From assembly GCA_044229145.1 (NCBI GenBank), contig JBGATO010000029.1:1-44861 (forward strand): 44,861 bases of DNA, in the 5' to 3' direction. Below are positions 43,005 through 44,861 of the stretch, piece by piece (positions within the stretch are counted from its first letter, which is position 1; every line of letters begins with the position of its first letter). The translations under genes and the position numbers were made by a program. The stretch is from Candidatus Eiseniibacteriota bacterium (GTDB lineage: Bacteria; Eisenbacteria; RBG-16-71-46; CAZEPH01). The notes beneath the pieces are model-generated. The model was not told where the DNA came from and did not search any database. It saw only the letters and a program-made list of their open reading frames with translations.

Positions 43005-43880
43005 TCAGCCCTGGGAAGCGCCGGCGCTGAGGGCGGTCAGCGCGCGACCGGCTTCGTGGCCCTGCCAGGTCTTGGGTGCCGCCTTGCGGATCTTGCGATA
43101 GAGCGACGCCGCATCCTTCGGCTTGCCGCTGGTGGCCAGGCTGTGCGCGAGGTACAACTGGGCTTCGAGCGTGCGTCCGCTCTTCGGGTAGTGCTTGAGG
43201 AAGGCCGCGTAGGCATCGGCGGCCTGCGGATACTGCGTGTTGAGGTAGTACGCGTGCGCGAGGTCGAGGGCCGCATCTTCGACGACGGGGTCGCGGTCGT
43301 GCGCGGCCCGCGCGGCGAGCGGCTGCAGGACGTGGATGGCATCGTCGTAAAGCGCGGCGTCGAGCAAGGAATCGCCGAGGCGGTACGCCGCCTCCGATTC
43401 ACGGGGCGCCGTGCGGGCCGCCGCCTGCAAGAGACCGATGTCCGACTGCGGCGCAAGGACGTTCTGCATCACCGAGGCGAAGGCCGGAGCATCGCGGTAG
43501 CCGTTGACGCGCGAGATTTCCTGCCCGTTGGTATCGAGGAAGACGACGGTCGGCAGACCGTTCACGCGGTACAGACGCGCCAGCGCGGGATTGAGGTCGG
43601 TGTTGACCTTCACCGGAATCACCCGCTCGGTGAGCTGCAGCACCCGCGGGTCGGTGTAGGTGCGGCGGTCAAGGACTTTGCACCAGCCGCACCAATCGGC
43701 GTAGAAGTCGATCATGACCGGCGCGTGTTCGACGGCGGCGCGCGCTTGCGCGTCCTGCAAGTTGTGCAGCCAGTCCAGAGCCTCGCTGGCGGCGTGCACC
43801 GGCGACCACGCGAGAACCCCCGCCAGCGCGCAGGCGCCAGCGAGGGTTCGCGAGAGTCGTGGCACGTGGTGCTCGCCCAT
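43005..43880 (-). CDS. Exported thioredoxin-fold protein with C-terminal TPRs
   Basis: Signal peptide (VHA), DFYADWCGWCKVLD, GLPTVVF, then TPR helices (YAAFLKHYPKS). Confidence 0.85.
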   Translation of the reverse strand: MGEHHVPRLSRTLAGACALAGVLAWSPVHAASEALDWLHNLQDAQARAAVEHAPVMIDFYADWCGWCKVLDRRTYTDPRVLQLTERVIPVKVNTDLNPALARLYRVNGLPTVVFLDTNGQEISRVNGYRDAPAFASVMQNVLAPQSDIGLLQAAARTAPRESEAAYRLGDSLLDAALYDDAIHVLQPLAARAAHDRDPVVEDAALDLAHAYYLNTQYPQAADAYAAFLKHYPKSGRTLEAQLYLAHSLATSGKPKDAASLYRKIRKAAPKTWQGHEAGRALTALSAGASQG

Positions 43881-43882
43881 GC

Positions 43883-44224
43883 CTAGGCGGCGGACGATGC
43901 CAGCAAGCGGTCCACCCGCGAGGCGATCTCGCGCTTCGGCTGCACGCCCACCAAGCGGTCCGCGAGCTGGCCGCCATGGAAGAACATCAGCGACGGGATG
44001 CTGCGGATGGCATAGCGCGTGGCGACGTCCGGGTTGTCGTCGACATCCACCTTCACGAACAGCGCCTTGCCGTCGTACTCGCCTGCCAACTCCTCGATCG
44101 TCGGCGCCAGCTGCTTGCACGGCCCGCACCACTCGGCCCAGAAGTCGACGATAACCGGCACCGGCGAGTTCAGCACTTGCTGGTCGAAGTTCGCGTCGGT
44201 CACCGCAATCGTCTTGTGGTCCAC
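43883..44224 (-). CDS. trxA: Thioredoxin
   Basis: VDFWAEWCGPCK, IRSIPSL; GGAGGTG RBS and GTG start. Confidence 0.95.
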   Translation of the reverse strand: MDHKTIAVTDANFDQQVLNSPVPVIVDFWAEWCGPCKQLAPTIEELAGEYDGKALFVKVDVDDNPDVATRYAIRSIPSLMFFHGGQLADRLVGVQPKREIASRVDRLLASSAA

Positions 44225-44319
44225 GTCACACCTCCTTGGAACTGCGTCGGCCGTCCATCGATCGGCCCTCGCATGTGGGAGACACGCGGCGGGCCGGAGA
44301 TTCCGCTGAGAGATCGGCT

Positions 44320-44348
44320 AGTCTAGGGGGCGGCTGAAGCGCCGTCAA
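44320..44348 (-). promoter_or_regulatory. Putative trxA promoter
   Basis: On the - strand: TTGACG-17 nt-TAGACT. Confidence 0.6.
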
Positions 44349-44860
44349 CGCGCCGCCCGGTTGTCTTCCGTCAGATGCGGTTCCATGCCGCTCAGGTGCG
44401 CGAGGACCAGCACGCCGAGCGTGTCGCGGTCCCCGATACTCGACTTGAGCATGTCGTCGAGGCGGCGAGCATCGGCGATCAGGGCACGCGCGGTACGGGC
44501 GTCCCGCACCCCAAATCCGCGCTCCAGGCCCGCCAGGAGGCCTCCGGCAATCCAGGCGATGGTCGGGATCGGATCGCCGCGATCGTCGCCTGCAGCCGCC
44601 CACAGACGCAGGGCACGGGCGGCATCGTTGGCCCGCACGGCGTCGCTCCAGTCGCGCAGCAACTGGCCGCTGTCGGTGCGGGCGGCGCGGCGTACCGTCT
44701 CGACGTCGTCCTCGGTGACCTCGGCATCCCCGGCGTACAGGGCGACCGCGGCAAGCGTGCGGTCGAGGTCGGCGGGGTCCGCGGCGGCCACTGCCGCCAG
44801 GCGTTGCTGCGCGCCGCGCGACAGGCGGGCGCCATGGCGCGCCGCCGCGTGCTCGAGGCG
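44345..44860 (-). CDS. holA: Probable DNA polymerase III delta subunit C-terminal part (5' truncated by the window edge)
   Basis: Frame is open to the window end. AAARHGARLS...DLDRTLAAVALYAGDAEVTEDDVETV and LDDMLKSS resemble HolA clamp-loader and C-terminal motifs, though divergent. Confidence 0.55.
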   Translation of the reverse strand, partial: RLEHAAARHGARLSRGAQQRLAAVAAADPADLDRTLAAVALYAGDAEVTEDDVETVRRAARTDSGQLLRDWSDAVRANDAARALRLWAAAGDDRGDPIPTIAWIAGGLLAGLERGFGVRDARTARALIADARRLDDMLKSSIGDRDTLGVLVLAHLSGMEPHLTEDNRAAR

Positions 44861-44861
44861 C

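Overview
High-GC bacterial chromosomal window, mostly core genes packed into long + strand operons with overlapping stop/start codons. Gene order: comEC (5' partial), GT-C-like membrane protein, purN-purC-purH-guaA, M6 metalloprotease with a C-terminal FlgD-Ig-like domain, polyprenol kinase-like gene, secA-DUF494-topA-xerC-hslV-hslU, argF-lipoprotein-dapF-dapA-dapB-proS, then rpsT and DUF423 on the - strand. Next comes uvrC-MBL hydrolase-xerD-beta-barrel-SNF2 helicase (YqhH-like, with an N-terminal Tudor-like domain, split by a 1-nt frameshift)-YqhG-like partner and a TPR protein. A dif-like XerC/XerD site lies at 36510-36537, followed by three accessory genes and a convergent - strand block (holA-like partial, trxA, Trx-TPR, two-subunit transketolase). 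The region looks like the replication terminus, with both xer genes nearby. The long SecA, the FlgD-Ig-tailed protease and the outer-membrane barrel suggest a diderm FCB-group-like lineage (inference only). The best candidate for an under-described system is the Tudor-SNF2/YqhG-like module apparently co-transcribed with uvrC and xerD. All calls are from motif recognition by eye; no searches were run.
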